A stretch of 64,000 bases of DNA, from contig CM119271.1 in assembly GCA_051294375.1 (NCBI GenBank), positions 5,118,724 to 5,182,723 of the forward strand, read 5' to 3'. How positions within the stretch are numbered: the first letter of the stretch is position 1; every line of letters begins with the position of its first letter. The DNA comes from Paraspadella gotoi (lineage: Eukaryota > Animalia > Chaetognatha). A model generated the notes under the pieces. That model searched no databases. It had not been told where the DNA came from and saw only the letters and a list, made by a program, of their open reading frames with translations. Below, one piece after another: positions 1 through 13,920 of this stretch. Both the position numbers and the translations under genes were made by a program.

Positions 1-320
1 TCTCTTGAATTACAGCAGGAAAAAGAGAATTATTTTTCACAATGGCTTTTATTCTTCTTTTTCATATACTAAGTTGGCTGAGGCGAGTGGAGGAAGGTTT
101 AGAAATGTTCTCAAAGCTCGCAGCTGAATTTTTTTAGATTTTTTCCCATTGGTAATCTGACTTAGTAACCCGGATCACACCTGAAAAGTCAAAATGGAAC
201 TCAAATATGGAAAGGACGAGTTGGAAGTTTGAAGCACTGATTTTAAGTAATTTTCTCTCAAAGTTTTTGAAAGTTTATTTAAGGCTACGATTTTGGATTT
301 AGCTTTATCAACTAAATGAT

Positions 321-366
<46 letters not shown>

Positions 367-449
367 ACAAATTTTATTTTCGCGATTAAAAATAGCAAAG
401 TCCATCCCTCCTTCCATTTTTTCCTCCGCGCTTCTGGCATTGTCCCAAA

Positions 450-3400
450 GAGCTTCTCAACACCCCCCAACGTCTCCCTTTCCCGCCGCAGCACTACTCT
501 CACACGCCCCGCCGCCGCCGCCGCCGACGCAGGCGAATATCGCTGCCGCGTTTTCAACGGCGACGATCCCGACGAAGACGTCGAACTCGAAGCCGTGTTC
601 GTCGAGGTGCGGCCCCGCCGCTCCGTCCGGCTGCTGCGGGAATGCGACGCCAATCCTCTGCGGGTTCTGGGCGGACGTGGAGGCAGCGGCGCGCAGTGGC
701 TGCGGCTCCGCTGCGTCGTTTCGCCGCCGCTGCCGCAGCCAAAGTTCGAGTGGAGGAAGGACGGAGCGGCGTTGGGCGGATTCGTCGGAGATAAGTTGGA
801 GCGAATCGTCGACGTGTCCTCGGTGGAGGGAGATTACGAGTGAGTTTTTGCGTGGGATTTTTATTTATGACAACTTGTATATTTTTAATGATCAGCTATT
901 TAAATATTGATGAGGCAATCATAAACTACATATAATGCTAATTATTAAATCATCGACAAAGACGTAGGAGCAAATGTAGAAAAACATACATCCCTGTGAG
1001 AAATTCAATCAAAAGATAAACAAGACCTCAGTTACTTGAAGAGTAGCGATCCATCCAATGTGTTGCGCCTCAGTGACTTTCTTTTCACGTCTATAATATT
1101 TATGTATAACAAACGTCTTATGGTTAGATCACTACTGTGCAAAGTTTTATTTCAAAACAACCAGACCATTTAAGTTATGCATTTACTTGTGATCATATGA
1201 CCATAGTTTGGCGTGACCACCTGACTATACAAGCATGAATCATATGTAAAAAACCTACATTTGAGGTTTTTTTTTCCTGTCCTAACAAATGAGCACTAAC
1301 TATAGGCTAATTATTGCATTTTGAACGTAAGTTGGACAGACAGACGACAGACGTACCGACCGACGAAAAGTGACTTCTAGTTATAGAGTCGCTGCGCGAG
1401 TACTCGCGGAAGCAACTAAAAACGGTTGATTCCAGCTCCACATTTTCTCACCTCCTCTCCTCCTCTTCCTCCCCCTCCTCCTCCAATATCCACCGCTATT
1501 CACTGGGATTTCCACTCCATTCGACTTTCGACTCTCTCTCCCGAGCTCAACGGGAAAAAAAAAATATTTAAACATAAAATTATAACGAATATAGAAATGA
1601 ATGGAATTAAAAAAAAAAAGGCTACGCAACCCGATTGAAACTTCATCTCATTCAGATGTCGCGTGACCTGGGATGACGGGACGACCCTCCAGTCGCCCGT
1701 CGAGTCCGTGGAGGTCAGGGTGGGCGATCCTCTTGCCGTTCTTCGGGAACCAGGGGACGTTACCGTCAGAGAAGGTTTGATCATATCGTTTGTAAGTATA
1801 AATGCCTATTTATTTCTTTTTTTGGCCGTTATTTTCCATTCGAAATTATTATTGTCCTCAACAGTAATAATCATTATCAGGAAGGAATTCTGCGCTGTAC
1901 CGATTTTGTTTCTGTTACTATTTTTAAAATGTTAAAAAAAAAAGGATTATCAGCGATAATTATCATGATTAAATGTTAAATGTTATCTACATCATCAATA
2001 TCAACATCAAATCATCATCATCAATTCATCATCGTCATCATCACCACCACCACCCCCGACCACCCCCAACCCCAACCTCCTCCCAGGCGCGCCCCTCCTC
2101 CTCGACTTCTCCCTCAACAGTTTCGTCGACGTCGAGTGTCGCTGGTTCTTCAACGGACGCCGCATCGACGACGCCTTCCTCCGCTCCTTTTGGCGGCGCG
2201 AGAATGTCGAGGGCGAGGCGTCGACGCGGCTGCGGATCCAAGGGGTGGGGAAGGCGCATCAAGGGGTGAGTCGAAAGAGGGAGAGTAAGGGGGTAAGTGG
2301 GTAAGGGGAGGACGGATTTTTTTTTTTTCTGATTGGAAATTGGTACAACCAATATAAAAAAATTATCCATTCATTTAATAAATAAGCTATCTTGTCCCTG
2401 ACTTTGGACAGGCTTTGGTGGTTTAAGGCCTCCATCACACTTACGAGATAATAACGTAGCAGGTTTCTGCAAGCTTTCAATGAATTTATTGACTGATTCA
2501 ATGTTTTATTAATTAATTAATCGATTGATTTAATTGATTGATTGATTTTAGTCGTGGTTTCATTGTTTTGATTGATATATATATTTCCCGATTTCTTCAT
2601 ATTTCATGGTAATTATCCTTTCTTTTTCGTTGTTTGAGAGATTAACAAAGTTTGATTTTATTTTGCAACGAATTTTATTTTAAAAGAGCAGACATATATA
2701 ACTCATGTGCGCTGATGAAGGCTCGTATTGTGAGCCGAAACATGTCTGCTCTTTTAAAATAAAATTCGTTGCAAAATAAAATCAAACTTTGTTAAAATTC
2801 ATATTTCATAAATATTATTCAGTCCTTCAATCTATAATTGTTATACTACTACCATTATCAGCTGATCATCCAAAGATTTATAAAAATATTTTTTTTCCCA
2901 TACAGCTTTACAACTGTTGCGTCACTGGAACAAGGGGGGAAATGTGTTTGACGAAGCAAGTCACTGTAAGTGTCTGTCTGTCTGTCAATCTATCTATCTT
3001 TCTATCCATCCTTACCCACCCCTTACCCCACCCAATCTTAAAAATTAGGTAACCGTGGACCGTCCGGCCAACTATCACGCCGCCCAAAAGATCGCCCTCC
3101 TCATCGGCAACGGTCGCTACCGGAACCTTCGCCAACTAACGACGCCGCCCCAAGACCTCGCCCGCCTCGGCGAGGAGTTGGAGGCGCTGGAGTTCCGCGT
3201 GATGAGCTTCAACGACGTGGGGCGGACGACGACGTTGAAGGCGATGAAGATGCTCGTCGACGTGATCCGCCCTGGAGGATACGTCTTCTTCTTCTTCACG
3301 GTCACGGATTTCAAGAGGGAAACGACGTCACTTGATGCCCACCGAAGAGGACGGGGGTGAGGGGTGGTTTTGGGGGGGGTTTTGGGGGCTGTGGTGTGTA

Positions 3401-6400
3401 GAGGTGGTTAGGTGGTGCGTCGATTGACTTATATGAATTTAAAGTTTTATCGAGTCGAATCAAAATGATTGGAATTTACGGATTTTTTGGCGACTCGCAG
3501 TTTTAGACTCGCGTCAATCAGGATAACCTCAGTCACGACTTAATACTTTGTGACGACTGACGAGGGTCTCCAAAGATTGAAAAGTATAAATACGTAAACA
3601 AAGAAAAATTAAAATGTATAAATTAATTTAATTAAAATTAAGAACACTTCTTTTAACGTCTTCTCATGCACAGTTAATCTAATGATGAAAACGTTTATCC
3701 TCCCTTTTCCTACACCTGAAATTGCTCTCTCTCTCACATTCCCTGCTTCTCTCGCTCCCCTTTCCCTTCTTCTTCCTCCCTCCCTTCTCTCTTACTCTCC
3801 CTGTCTCCTTTCCCTCCAATTCCTGCCTTTCTTTCCCTTATCTCCCTCCCCCTTCCCTCCCTCTTTCCTTTCCTCCCTCTCCCTTCTGGCCCTCCCACTT
3901 TCCCTACATTCCTCCCTCCCTCTTTCATTCCTTCAGACGACGACGAACTCGGCATCAACTTCCAAGCTTTCGTCGACGCCGTCGAGTCAAAGTCTCCCGC
4001 GCTGACGGCTGCAGTGCTCGACACCTGCAGGGTGCCTTATCCGGGGAAGTTGAAGAAGGAGAGGAACTTCGTTCGTAAGAATCACAAGGTGTGTGACAGA
4101 GTTGTGGGCATTCGACTGGATGTTAAAGATATTCAGTAAAGAGTGCAATGTCGCTGAGACTACATTGCAACTTAGTTGATCTCAAACTTTCGGCCTCTTG
4201 CTTAGTTGGCAACGCAAGACCACGACAGTGGTAGGGGTCCAAAGTTCCAAACCCTGAGATGGCCCGCGCTCTGGGCTTCACAGTTAATCCCTCCCGTTGC
4301 TAAAATAATTTGCTTTTTTAGTAATTGTGTAATCTTTATACATAGTCGGAAGCGGGAATTAATTAAGTCTTAATGAATGTGACAGATTAGAATTAAGAAC
4401 AAAAGAATAAGATTTTTGAAAATATTTTTTTTTGGGGGGGAAAACCAGAGAAATAATAATCATGATCATCAATCACCACCATCATAACCACCACCTCTTC
4501 CACCACCCCCCCAACCCCCCCCAACGCAGGGCTCCACCATAATTCTCCACCCCACATCCTTCGGTCTTGAGTCCTACGAAGACCAGAATCGCGCCAACGG
4601 CCTCGTGGTGGAGTATCTCCTGGCGGACGGCATCCTGCGCAGCCCCGTCAGCGTTAGAGAGGTTTTCTCTCGAGTCATGGACAGGATGCGATCGGAGAAC
4701 CTCGTCGCCGCCCACGGGAAGGATCAGGTGAGGGGGAAGAAAGGAATGATGATGGGTTTATTGTGTGTTAATTGTCGTAGGGTGGATTTTTTTTGGGGTC
4801 GTCGTCATCTTCGTCTTGGTACTATCAAATAAAAAATATAATTATAAAATTATAAATACTATCCATTTATAACGTGAATAAGTTATCTCGCCTCGAATTT
4901 GGATAGGTTACGCTGTTGTAAAATTGTTGTATTTTTTCGGTTTTTCGAACCAGAGTTAAATTTTTCTTAAGAATTATTTGTATGAGCTGTGCGCTTTAAA
5001 AACTTCTGTCTTCCTCTGAGCAAATAATTCTTAAGAAAAATTTAACTCTTTTAAGAAAAACCGAAAAAATATAACAAATTTACCAAAAATTAGTCGTAAA
5101 AATGAAAAAAAAAAGACAAGTGATAACGACAAGGACAACAACAACAACCAACAACAAAACCCTTGAATCCACTTCTCCATCAGTTCCCCGAACTCAAACT
5201 CCAACTGAGCGAGGAGCGCAGCCTCCATGACCCCGTCGACGCCCGCGTCTCTCAATCGCAGCGGCGACTCTTCCAACGCCTCGACGCGGAGATGTTCTGC
5301 TGCGTAGATGGCGATCGTTATCGGCAGGTGAGGCAAAGGGTAGGGATTACTGGGAGTGAGGAAACTAATTTCTCCAGCATTAATTGATGTGCAGAGGTGG
5401 TTTCATTGAGGGGACCCCGTGATAAAAATGATATCATAAGCTTATTAAGCTTATTAAGCTTAAGCGTCTATCATTAAAGGAATTGGGGGGAAAAACTTGA
5501 CTATTACTGTATTATAAATATTCTAGCTCGAAAGGAAGAATTGCATAAAAATAAGTTTATATTTGTTGTACCAATTTCATAAAAATAAGTTTATACTCCC
5601 GCTGGCTTCAAAATAGTATTTCCTGGGCAGGCCCTTAAGCATCACTGGGGCATCGAGATCGGGCGGCCAATCACCAACGCGTTGAGAATCCGGGTCCCGG
5701 CCAAGACGCTTCGGACTCACGTGGTCACCTTCGGACCCGAGAGGTTAAATCGAGAGGACACAGTCTTCGCCGATTTGAACAAGATCGAAGATACAAATGA
5801 TATCGATCTCGTTGTATTTAATCAGGTGAGAGAGCGGCCTCTTATCTTTAGGATAGTCTTTTGTTAGTTTTTAATAAAATTTGTTTAATAGAGCATAAAT
5901 ACTGTGGAAGGTTGACAAATATTTACTGTTTAATATTCGAGAAAAGAAACTTAATATATGTCGATACCTCCCATCCCGATGGTTCCAGGAATTAAGGTTT
6001 TTGAAGAGACAATAATGATTGTTGTGTGTTAGTGACAGAACCGTTCAATATAAGCAATCCCTGATCTTCGGATCAGGCTGTAACACCGTATTACAGTCGG
6101 GTTAAGCGCCTCATTCCTCTTAACTGCTAGGTGACCACTAGGCTAGAACCCCGAACCTTTGGGTTGGGAGGCGAATGACTTGCCTCTGGCACCAATGGCT
6201 GCTGATGAACGGTTGGTGGATTTTAGTCCACCATACATCCCCCCCTCCCGTAGGGAGAAGTGAATTGTTGTTGGTGGAAAGTTCGTCACCAAGTTGAGGC
6301 ATGTTGCCTGAAAGTGTTGTTGTTGCTGTTGTGTTCGGAAGTCGGGCTCACCAATGAAGAGACAATGATGATTGTTATGTGTCAGTGACAGAACCATTCA

Positions 6401-7937
6401 ATATAAGCAGTCCCTGAGCTTCGGATCAGGCTGTAACACAGTGTTACAGGCGGGTTAAGCGCCCCGTCCCTCTTAACTGCTAGGCGACCACCAGGCTAGA
6501 ATCCCGGACCTTTGAGTTGGGAGGCGAATGACTTGCCTTTGGCACCAATGGCCCCTGATGAACGGTTGGTGGATTTTAGTCCACCATATTTTTTTCGATA
6601 CAGTGACCGGTTAAAATTCGCCCCACCCGACAGGGAAGACCAATGTATCTGACGTAAGCCGCATACGTTGGTTCTTTGTCATTCTTCTCTTTATATTTTA
6701 TCGGAAATTTTATAAATTTATTCAGAATACGAAATTCAAAACGAGACTGCGAATTTATGACCGGCTCAACACTTTTATCAGGTTAGGGGAAATATTTGAT
6801 CAGTTGGAAGGTGAACTTTCGTGTCATTAAATAATAATTTATAAAAATTCAAAAAATATGACACACAAGCATTAAACATGAAAATCTGAAGTACATTTTT
6901 TTTTCTTATAATTTCAAACTGAGATGCTTCATTGATAGGCCAAAATAGTTAAATTTTATTAATAGTTTTATTTCACTATCAAAAATGCCACCGACTTTGG
7001 CCAGGCTTTGGTGAGTTAAAGCCTCCATCACTCTTACAAGATTTAATAACATTTGAATCAAGACTCGCAGTCACATATCATTGTTTTCTGTAACAGATCT
7101 TACACGTTACCCAAAGACTTTCTCTCCACCGACGAATCTTCCACGAGTTCAAACGCTTGGACGGCGAATCTGGAGGAAGATTTGCCGCATCCCACGGAAC
7201 AGGAGGCGGACGACGCATCGTGGAGGTTAGTTTCAACAGAAAATTGTACCTGAAACAAAAGCATAGCTCAATAATTATTTGTTTCTTTTTAGTAGTTCGT
7301 CTTCTACCACATATTCTGCAACGCACAACGAGCTGAAACGCTTATCTTCCTCCACTTATCAGTGAGTAGAGAGAAATTAGAATTAACTAAGAAAGATCTC
7401 TCTCTCTCTCGGCTTTAAAATATTATCCTGCAAAAATATAAAATTAAAGAGAGATTTTATATTTTTTTTACTGTAAATTTTCTAGAAATAATTTACAATT
7501 ATCATAAGTAAAATAATAAAACTGTCATAAATCTATGATTTCTCTCTTGATCCAGCTCGACAAAGATGGCTGAAGAGGATGTCGACCAATGGACTTCCTT
7601 CCCGCCGCCGCAAATTCCTCGTTGCCCTCGTCATCAGCGTCCGGCTTCCTCTTCATCCCTCGGCGCCGGCGCGCCTTGCGATTGCCGGTATACGCCGACG
7701 CAGAACCCGATTGACTGCCGGTACACGGGATCTCAACATTCCGCCGATAATCGGTACAGTCATTTGAGAGAGCCAGAAGATTTCGGCGACGAGGAGCGTC
7801 CGGTCGACGAAGATTCGTCGGGACTTTTACCGGATTTTCGAATGCTTCGGGTGCCGGAAGAAGACGAGTTGGAACCAGATGAAACTTTGCAAGAAGAAGA
7901 AGAACTCTGGAAATTGGGAAAAGTCGTTCTCGTGTAA
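450..7937 (+). CDS. MALT1: MALT1-like paracaspase (Ig domains + caspase-like C14 domain), multi-exon; 5' end probably outside the window or unresolved
   Basis: GT-AG exons at approx. 450-839, 1656-1774, 2087-2265, 2906-2965, 3049-3355, 3936-4089, 4530-4727, 5183-5327, 5631-5825, 7097-7225, 7555-7937. Ig motifs DAGEYRC, FEWRKDG, EGDYECRV, CRWFFNG, GLYNC. Paracaspase motifs KIALLIGNGRY, FFFF-GHG (His, needs a 1-nt indel fix near 3300), VLDTCR (Cys), ESYE..ANG, ELKLQLSEERSLHDP (cf. MALT1 EIRSSLSEKRALTDP). Confidence 0.88.
1330..1422 (+). mobile_element. Helitron/Helentron-type non-autonomous element 3' end in an intron
   Basis: GACA microsatellite followed by hairpin (gcgagtactcgc) and aactaaaaa. 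Confidence 0.4.
2360..2462. repeat. Dispersed repeat; related copies at ~6990-7050, ~60780-60905 and inverted ~63120-63240
   Basis: Shared ctgactttggacaggctttggtg..ttaaggcctccatcac.cttac.agataataac. Confidence 0.75.
2642..2795 (+). ncRNA. Minimal hammerhead ribozyme within a 54-bp inverted repeat (Penelope-like element remnant)
   Basis: CTGATGA(2712)-a-ggctc/gagcc stem II-GAAAC-ATGTC; arms 2642-2695 and 2742-2795 are reverse complements. Confidence 0.7.
6003..6586. repeat. Two ~235-bp direct repeats (6003-6234, 6355-6586) in a paracaspase intron
   Basis: Near-identical units starting gaagagacaat and ending ttttagtccaccat. Confidence 0.85.
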
Positions 7938-9339
7938 GAATTGACGCCGTGGTTGTGGTTGTCATTTTAAAGAGTTGTCAGGGTGTCCACTGTCTATTAG
8001 AATTTACAATGTTCTTATGAAAGCCTATTTAGACAGTGTCATAAGGACTTTCATAAGGACATTGCAAATTCTGTGCTACCTTTTCATCCTGTTACGAATT
8101 TTTCTGTATTTTAATATTCATTATTTTTTTAGAATTAGCTGAAATTGTTAAGAAAGCGTCTGCAAGCAATCCGGTTGAACCAAATGTGGTCAATAAATAG
8201 TTCTTGTTGGTTTAAAAGGGGATTTTCAATCGGTTCGCGAAGCCGATCTTTTTTACAATCACCTTCATCACTTTTGTACGAGGCAGCTGTTTAAGGGAAA
8301 GCTATTGGAACCCAAATCGACCTTGTATAAATGTGAAGTCGCCTTTCCAAACTTACCAATTGACGTCAGAAACGAGAGTCAGTCTTGTTGTGTGAAGTGA
8401 AGATGCCCTCATTGCAAAATGAGGGCATCTTTTCTCCAGTTAACATCCTAATGCCTTGAAGATAATCTTCCATGATAGTTGGATAGAAATCATCATTCTT
8501 AAACTTTGCTAAATCCAAAACGTTTATTGGACCATCCTGCCCTTCACATTTTATTTCCCAAAGTTGCTGGTTTTGCTCCCATTTAAACTATCTTGTGCAA
8601 AGTGTTAGGATTCAGTCTGTTCATGGCTTTGTAAAGGCCGTGGACAGGGTTGTAAAAAAGAAAAAGGTAATTAAGAAAATGGAAAAGGAACAGGAAAAAT
8701 CCCAAAGGTGAACAGAGATGTATAAAAGTAACTTTGGGAGCCTTACTTCTGGTCACACATTCCAATCTGATGATGTCATATCCGGTCACTTCCCTTTTCA
8801 GTCATTTCTGATTCTAATTATAGTTGTCATTGCCAACATCTTATTGACACGCACCGTGCATGCGTGCGAAAAATTAACAGAATAACATCCTGCTGCAGAA
8901 TCCGATTTCTTTTAATTCTTTCTCGCTATCTCTATCTCTCTTTTAATTTTCTCTCACTATCTCTCTCTCTCTGATTAAAGTTCGATCTTTGAGTGTAATC
9001 GCAGGTGTTTTATTCACCTGGTTTTGTAAATATTATTCTTTGGGTAAACACGATTGACAAACAGCTCCACAATTAAATTTAACAATTATTTACAAAGATT
9101 TAAATTTTATTTTTATTTAAATTTTAACAACATATAATTGATAAGTAAGGGAAGCGTCCATTATCGCAAATATTCCCCCCCTCATCACCTTCTCCATCAA
9201 ATGATTCTCCCATTTCCGCAATTTCTTCCTCCACCAACACCGTCTTCAATTGCATCACACCTTCCCGGACGGATCTTTTCCGGTTCTCTTTTCAATTCTT
9301 GTTTCCCTGATGTGATGTAAATGATTTTGTTTTCCCACA

Positions 9340-9485
9340 AGAGTAATAATAAACGGGGTCTGCAGCTTGATCTAGAACCCGGGCGGGACTGGAGCAATTT
9401 CTTTAATTTTCCATCGCTATCTCTATCTCTCTTTTAATTTTCTCTCGCTATCCCTCTCTCTCTGATTAAAGTTCGATCTTGAGTC
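9340..9485 (+). mobile_element. Polinton-like terminus (TIR type A); partial copy at 8905-9030
   Basis: agagtaataataaacggggtctgcagcttgat...tcgctatctct...gattaaagttcgatcttgag, same as 37853, 39576, 40135, 41689, 43427, 43974. Confidence 0.75.
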
Positions 9486-9489
9486 TTGA

Positions 9490-10765
9490 TATTTCACACC
9501 CTATTTCAAATACGAGAGAAAACAATACTTTCTTTGGTTGAGCTTGATTATTATCATAATTATAAGTCCTAATCGCCTGATTAATAAAATCCATGTCAAC
9601 GGTCAAAACGGGTTCGAGCATATCCAAACAAGTTAACAACTCTCAAATGATTAACGTCTAATTCTTTCAAAATCAAAAATGGTAAAAAAGTCTTTCTTAT
9701 AGGTTTTAATTAGTTTTTTTCCTTTCGTAAGCCACTTCCTCCTCATTTCCTGGAATCGCCGTGAGTTCTTTCAGGTCGTCAATTTCGCTATAACGCCAAT
9801 GCCTTTGCATAGTGTACTGACGAACTTGCATGTCTGTCACACATCCACGATTGTTAATCTTTTCATCGTGAACCAATATCCCCCGTTCCTAAAGAGTCTC
9901 GACATGGGAAGGAAAGTCTTTACGAAAATTCGGTTCACGTGTACTAAAAGTTCTAGTACTTGAAACATTTTTATTGTTAAAAAGTTTATTTCGATCCGTT
10001 CGTGACTAACGGAAAATCCACCGTTCGCAATTGCACCATTTTTGGCCATGTTTATGGTTTAATTCTAAAAAATTATAATGAATTTCATTGATCAAAAAAT
10101 ATAATTCAATTTTAATCAAACTCATAATTTATGATATTAAAGAAGTTAAATAATATAGCTAATGTTTAATTTATAATTAAAAAATTATTAATAATCAATA
10201 TTCCCAATAATCAATATTCCCAATACAAAAAATCAATGTATTTAATAATTAAGCTTTTTGTCTAATCAATATTTTTCCCAAATAACAAAAAGATTGCTAC
10301 GAAGCAATTTCATTTAACTCCTTTCACATTCTTTTTACAGTTCGCAACGATTAACTCGTCTTTGGTCAGAGACAAACCGAAACAGACAGGCGAACAAAAG
10401 AACAAAGAGCTAGAATGGGTCTCATAAACGTATGGTTTTATCTGCATGGTCGCCTTCGCGATGGCCGAGGTTTGCGGATGAAAGACGCTGATGGCATAAG
10501 CTAAATGACTCGAAATCGGGAGTTTCATGCCGGATAAACTGTCCATGTTATGAGCTAAACTTTCTTTCTTGTCAAAGTTGGATTTTAAATCCCCTTCGTC
10601 CCACATTTCAATCAACTTGCGGGCTTCTTCGTAAGATATAAACAGCTTCAATGGACCAGAAGCCTTCTCCACGCGCTCGCTAGAACCCGCCCCGACAAAA
10701 CGTTCTTTAGACACTTTAAAATATCCCTCGCCTCCTTTCAAAAAAGAATGTGTAATGTAATGCAA
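9490..10765 (-). pseudogene. Decayed copies of the element's right-arm genes (homologues of 22572-23150 and 21779-22240)
   Basis: NFLTIKMFQVLELLV vs NYLTIKMFQVVELLI; GYFKVSKERFVGAGSSERV..SPVCFGLSLTK vs GYFKVTKERFVGSGSSERV..SPVCYGLSLTK. Confidence 0.85.
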
Positions 10766-11099
10766 ACTCGAGCGGTCGATCTGAGATTATAAAGATTGGA
10801 CTTTGATCTTTTGTTTGAAAATACGTAACCATTTTTGAAATTGAATTATTTATAATACTTAAGTACAAACGACGAATTTTTACCCTGAGAATTTTCCATA
10901 TGATGAACTAGGATTTCGATTTACATTTACAGTAGATACTGTTTGTAATGAATTAAACACCTTTGTTACGACTATAAGAAATATATAATTATTGATATTT
11001 ATACAATTAATATAAAAAAACAAAAACATGCAATTACCCAAAAAATTGGCCACCATAAAAAACTATAGATTAAGTTAAAAATAAATTTGGGTTAAAGGT

Positions 11100-12582
11100 A
11101 CAATATAAAATTTATGGATTTATCCGAAGAATTAAATGAAGAAGATGACAATTTTTAAAATGTCGTGATGTCAAAAAGGACATTATCGTCATCTTCATTT
11201 TCATTTAATTCTTGGGATATATTTGAAAATTCTATATTGTTCCTTTGTTGAACCAAATTTATTTGGCTCAACAATTTATACGGCGGGAGGGTATTGTTTC
11301 ACTTTGGTCTTCTTCGGCATCTTCTTCTTCTATTGATATATTTTTTTATTTTAGTTTTTTTTCCTTACTTGAATTAACATTTTTAACATTTTTGAAAATA
11401 ATAATAACAAAAGTTAAAATAAAAACTAAAATCAACAAATTTGCTAATCCGATTGTTGTCATGATCCAATTTGAGCTATGAAAAAGAATAAAAAAAACCG
11501 AATTAAGAAAAACAGAAATATATAATAATGATGATGATGATAACATTTAACAATATAAAATATTCATATTAATTTTTTACTTGTTTTGTTGACTCGTGGT
11601 TGGGTCTGCCGATCTTGTAATTGAATTGGAAGTCGAACTGTGAAATAAAAAAAACGAAAAAAAAAACAACTAAAGATGTACACTTTTAAAAAATGAATAT
11701 AAACAATAAAAAATATGAGAACAACTTTAAATTCATTACTTGTTATTGTACGATATTGTAGACTCCGCCGTCGAAGCCATGGACGCCGCTGACGTCACCA
11801 GTGTTGAGGGCGCCTCTGGTGACGTCATCGGCATGGACGGCGTCGTCTTTGACGCCGGTGACGTCGCCGAGGTAGATGGCATTGACATCGGCGACGTCAC
11901 AGACGTCGATGGCACCGCCGATGGATTCTTAGGGGAGACGGAGATGAGATGAGACCGGGTTCATGGACGAGGAGGAGAAAGGCGGGTTTATGGACGACGA
12001 GACGGAGGACGGGAGGACGTTCGGGGTCGCCGGTGACATCGTTGCCAACGAAGGAAAAATGGTCCATGACGTCACCGACGTGGGATTTACGGACGAAATG
12101 GAGGATGGTGTAGCCGATGACGTCCTTGCCCATGGATGAAAGGTCACTGGCGTATTTGTTGTCACTTTATTCGTCCGTGTAGTTGACGTGCACGTCGCCA
12201 TCGTCGTCGTCCATTTTCCTTTTTAGTTCATCGGTTCAAATGGATTGATAGCGACATGATGGTGGGGTTGAGGGTTTATAAAGGAGGGGAAGATTATTTG
12301 TTGGGCGATGTGGAGGGGTAATAAATGGGAGTTAATTTGAATTAAATGGGGAGGGAAGGTAATGGTTAAAACAGTGGGGGTAAATAAATCATGATAATAT
12401 GCAGTATTATTTAAATGTACAAAGGTGATGGAGAAGCGACGACGACGTCTAGAGGGATGTCTTCCATCTCCATCTCCAATGTACAAGATTTGAGTGGCGG
12501 TGGTGGTGTCGGCCAACTCAAATATTGTGGGTTCTATGATAGAGCTTGATTTGTTGCTTGCGTTGTTGTTGTCGTGTCTCAT
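11100..12582 (-). pseudogene. Mucin-like TM gene copy plus upstream His/Pro-rich ORF
   Basis: S/T/P-rich exon, TM NWIMTTIGLANLLILVFILTFVIIIFK, and LNNTAYYHDLFTPT..HHHVAINPFEPMN. Confidence 0.65.
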
Positions 12583-12661
12583 CGGGAAATTGTGTTACCA
12601 GATTTTAAATTCAAATAACAATCAAAACGCTTAACGCGTTTTGAATGTTGTTATTAATCAT

Positions 12662-13920
12662 TTATAGCGTCATTCCTGACGAAGCAGTCAGGTAGGCGGG
12701 CGTCCCAGGTGGTAAACTTGGCATAGTGACCCAAGTGACCAGTGGTAGGGGAGACTCGGGGAGGTTTGGAGAATCATGTGTGGAATGAAAGATGCTGGTG
12801 GGTGGAACCTCTTGATTCATTATGGTGTTGGAGGAAGCAGTGATTGATTGGGTGTCTAGAAGGGGAGGTTCAATTCTACCATTAAGACTTTGCCAGTACC
12901 ATAGCTGAGGAGGTATTCCATAGTCATTTAACCACTTTGCTGGAAATTCATCATCATAGTATTCTTTAATAGTATCCAAATCAAACAATGACCTGATATT
13001 TGTATACATTTCATCTCTTAGCATATAACTGGTAGGGCACTTATGAAAAGTTAAAGGGACATTAATACAGATAGTAGCTCCTTGTTCTTTGTGAATGCTT
13101 AATAGGGCCTGTTTGCTGTCTCTAAGCACATCATCTGCAACTTTTATAGCGCTAGCATAGTTTTTTTCATCTGCATAAATCATGGTCATCAATCGAACTT
13201 TCGCACTCAAGAAGACAATTTTCTCTAAGTCAAAATGTTTAGCTGGTATGAACTCATAATAAGGGATGCAAATTTTTAGCCTTCTGGCTCTTAAACTCTG
13301 TGATGTCACTTAAACAGCTGAACTGACAATAATCTCCTCTTCATTATTTGACTTCCATTTGTATGCTCTGGTTGTGTAGTATTTTTTAAGCTCCTTAAGT
13401 GTCCGTGTCAGTTCTTTTTCAGTGTTATCAGCCCCCTTCCCTTCTACCCATTCTGTTATCCACTGGATTCTACTTTGTCTAATTTCTGGTAAAGTTAATA
13501 ATGACAAGTATACAGATACCACATCAGCACTTTCCTTGTGGAATCTCATCTTTTCCTCTGGTTTTGCCAAATTGACTGCTTCTTCTAGCTGATTCAATAT
13601 TGGGTTTTCATTTAATATATCAATCATTGACCCATCACTCAAAAATATTTCTGCTGTTCTAGCATTTTTCCCTGAGGTTTCAGTGTCCCTTGCTTGGCTG
13701 AGGTGATCATCGGGACCCTGCTCACCTCTTAGCGAAAACCCGATGGCTGAGCTGGAAGTGAAGTGTTGATCGATGGGAGTGGAGGCTGTGGAGTTTGGGC
13801 TCGAGATGTTTCAACCTGGGTGGCCTGAAGTGGAGCTTGTTGGTGCTGGGCACCTTGAGGAGGAGGTTGTGGCTGGTGCTGGGTGTTTTGAAGTGGAGGC
13901 TGTGGGTTGCCCTGTGCCGT
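12662..13920 (-). pseudogene. Intronless foreign ORF fragment (~400 aa, one in-frame stop at 13310, Q/P-rich N-terminal part), unidentified
   Basis: ORFs 13310-13642 and 12662-13309 are in the same frame; CpG-poor and compositionally unlike both flanks. Confidence 0.5.

Noticed and set aside
3295-3340. Paracaspase as a pseudogene owing to two frameshifts around GHG
   Set aside because: Single-base indels are pervasive in this assembly and splice sites and motifs are otherwise intact; needs polishing to decide
6200-6590. Hammerhead ribozymes at the CTGATGA motifs in the 235-bp repeats
   Set aside because: No stem II followed by GAAA
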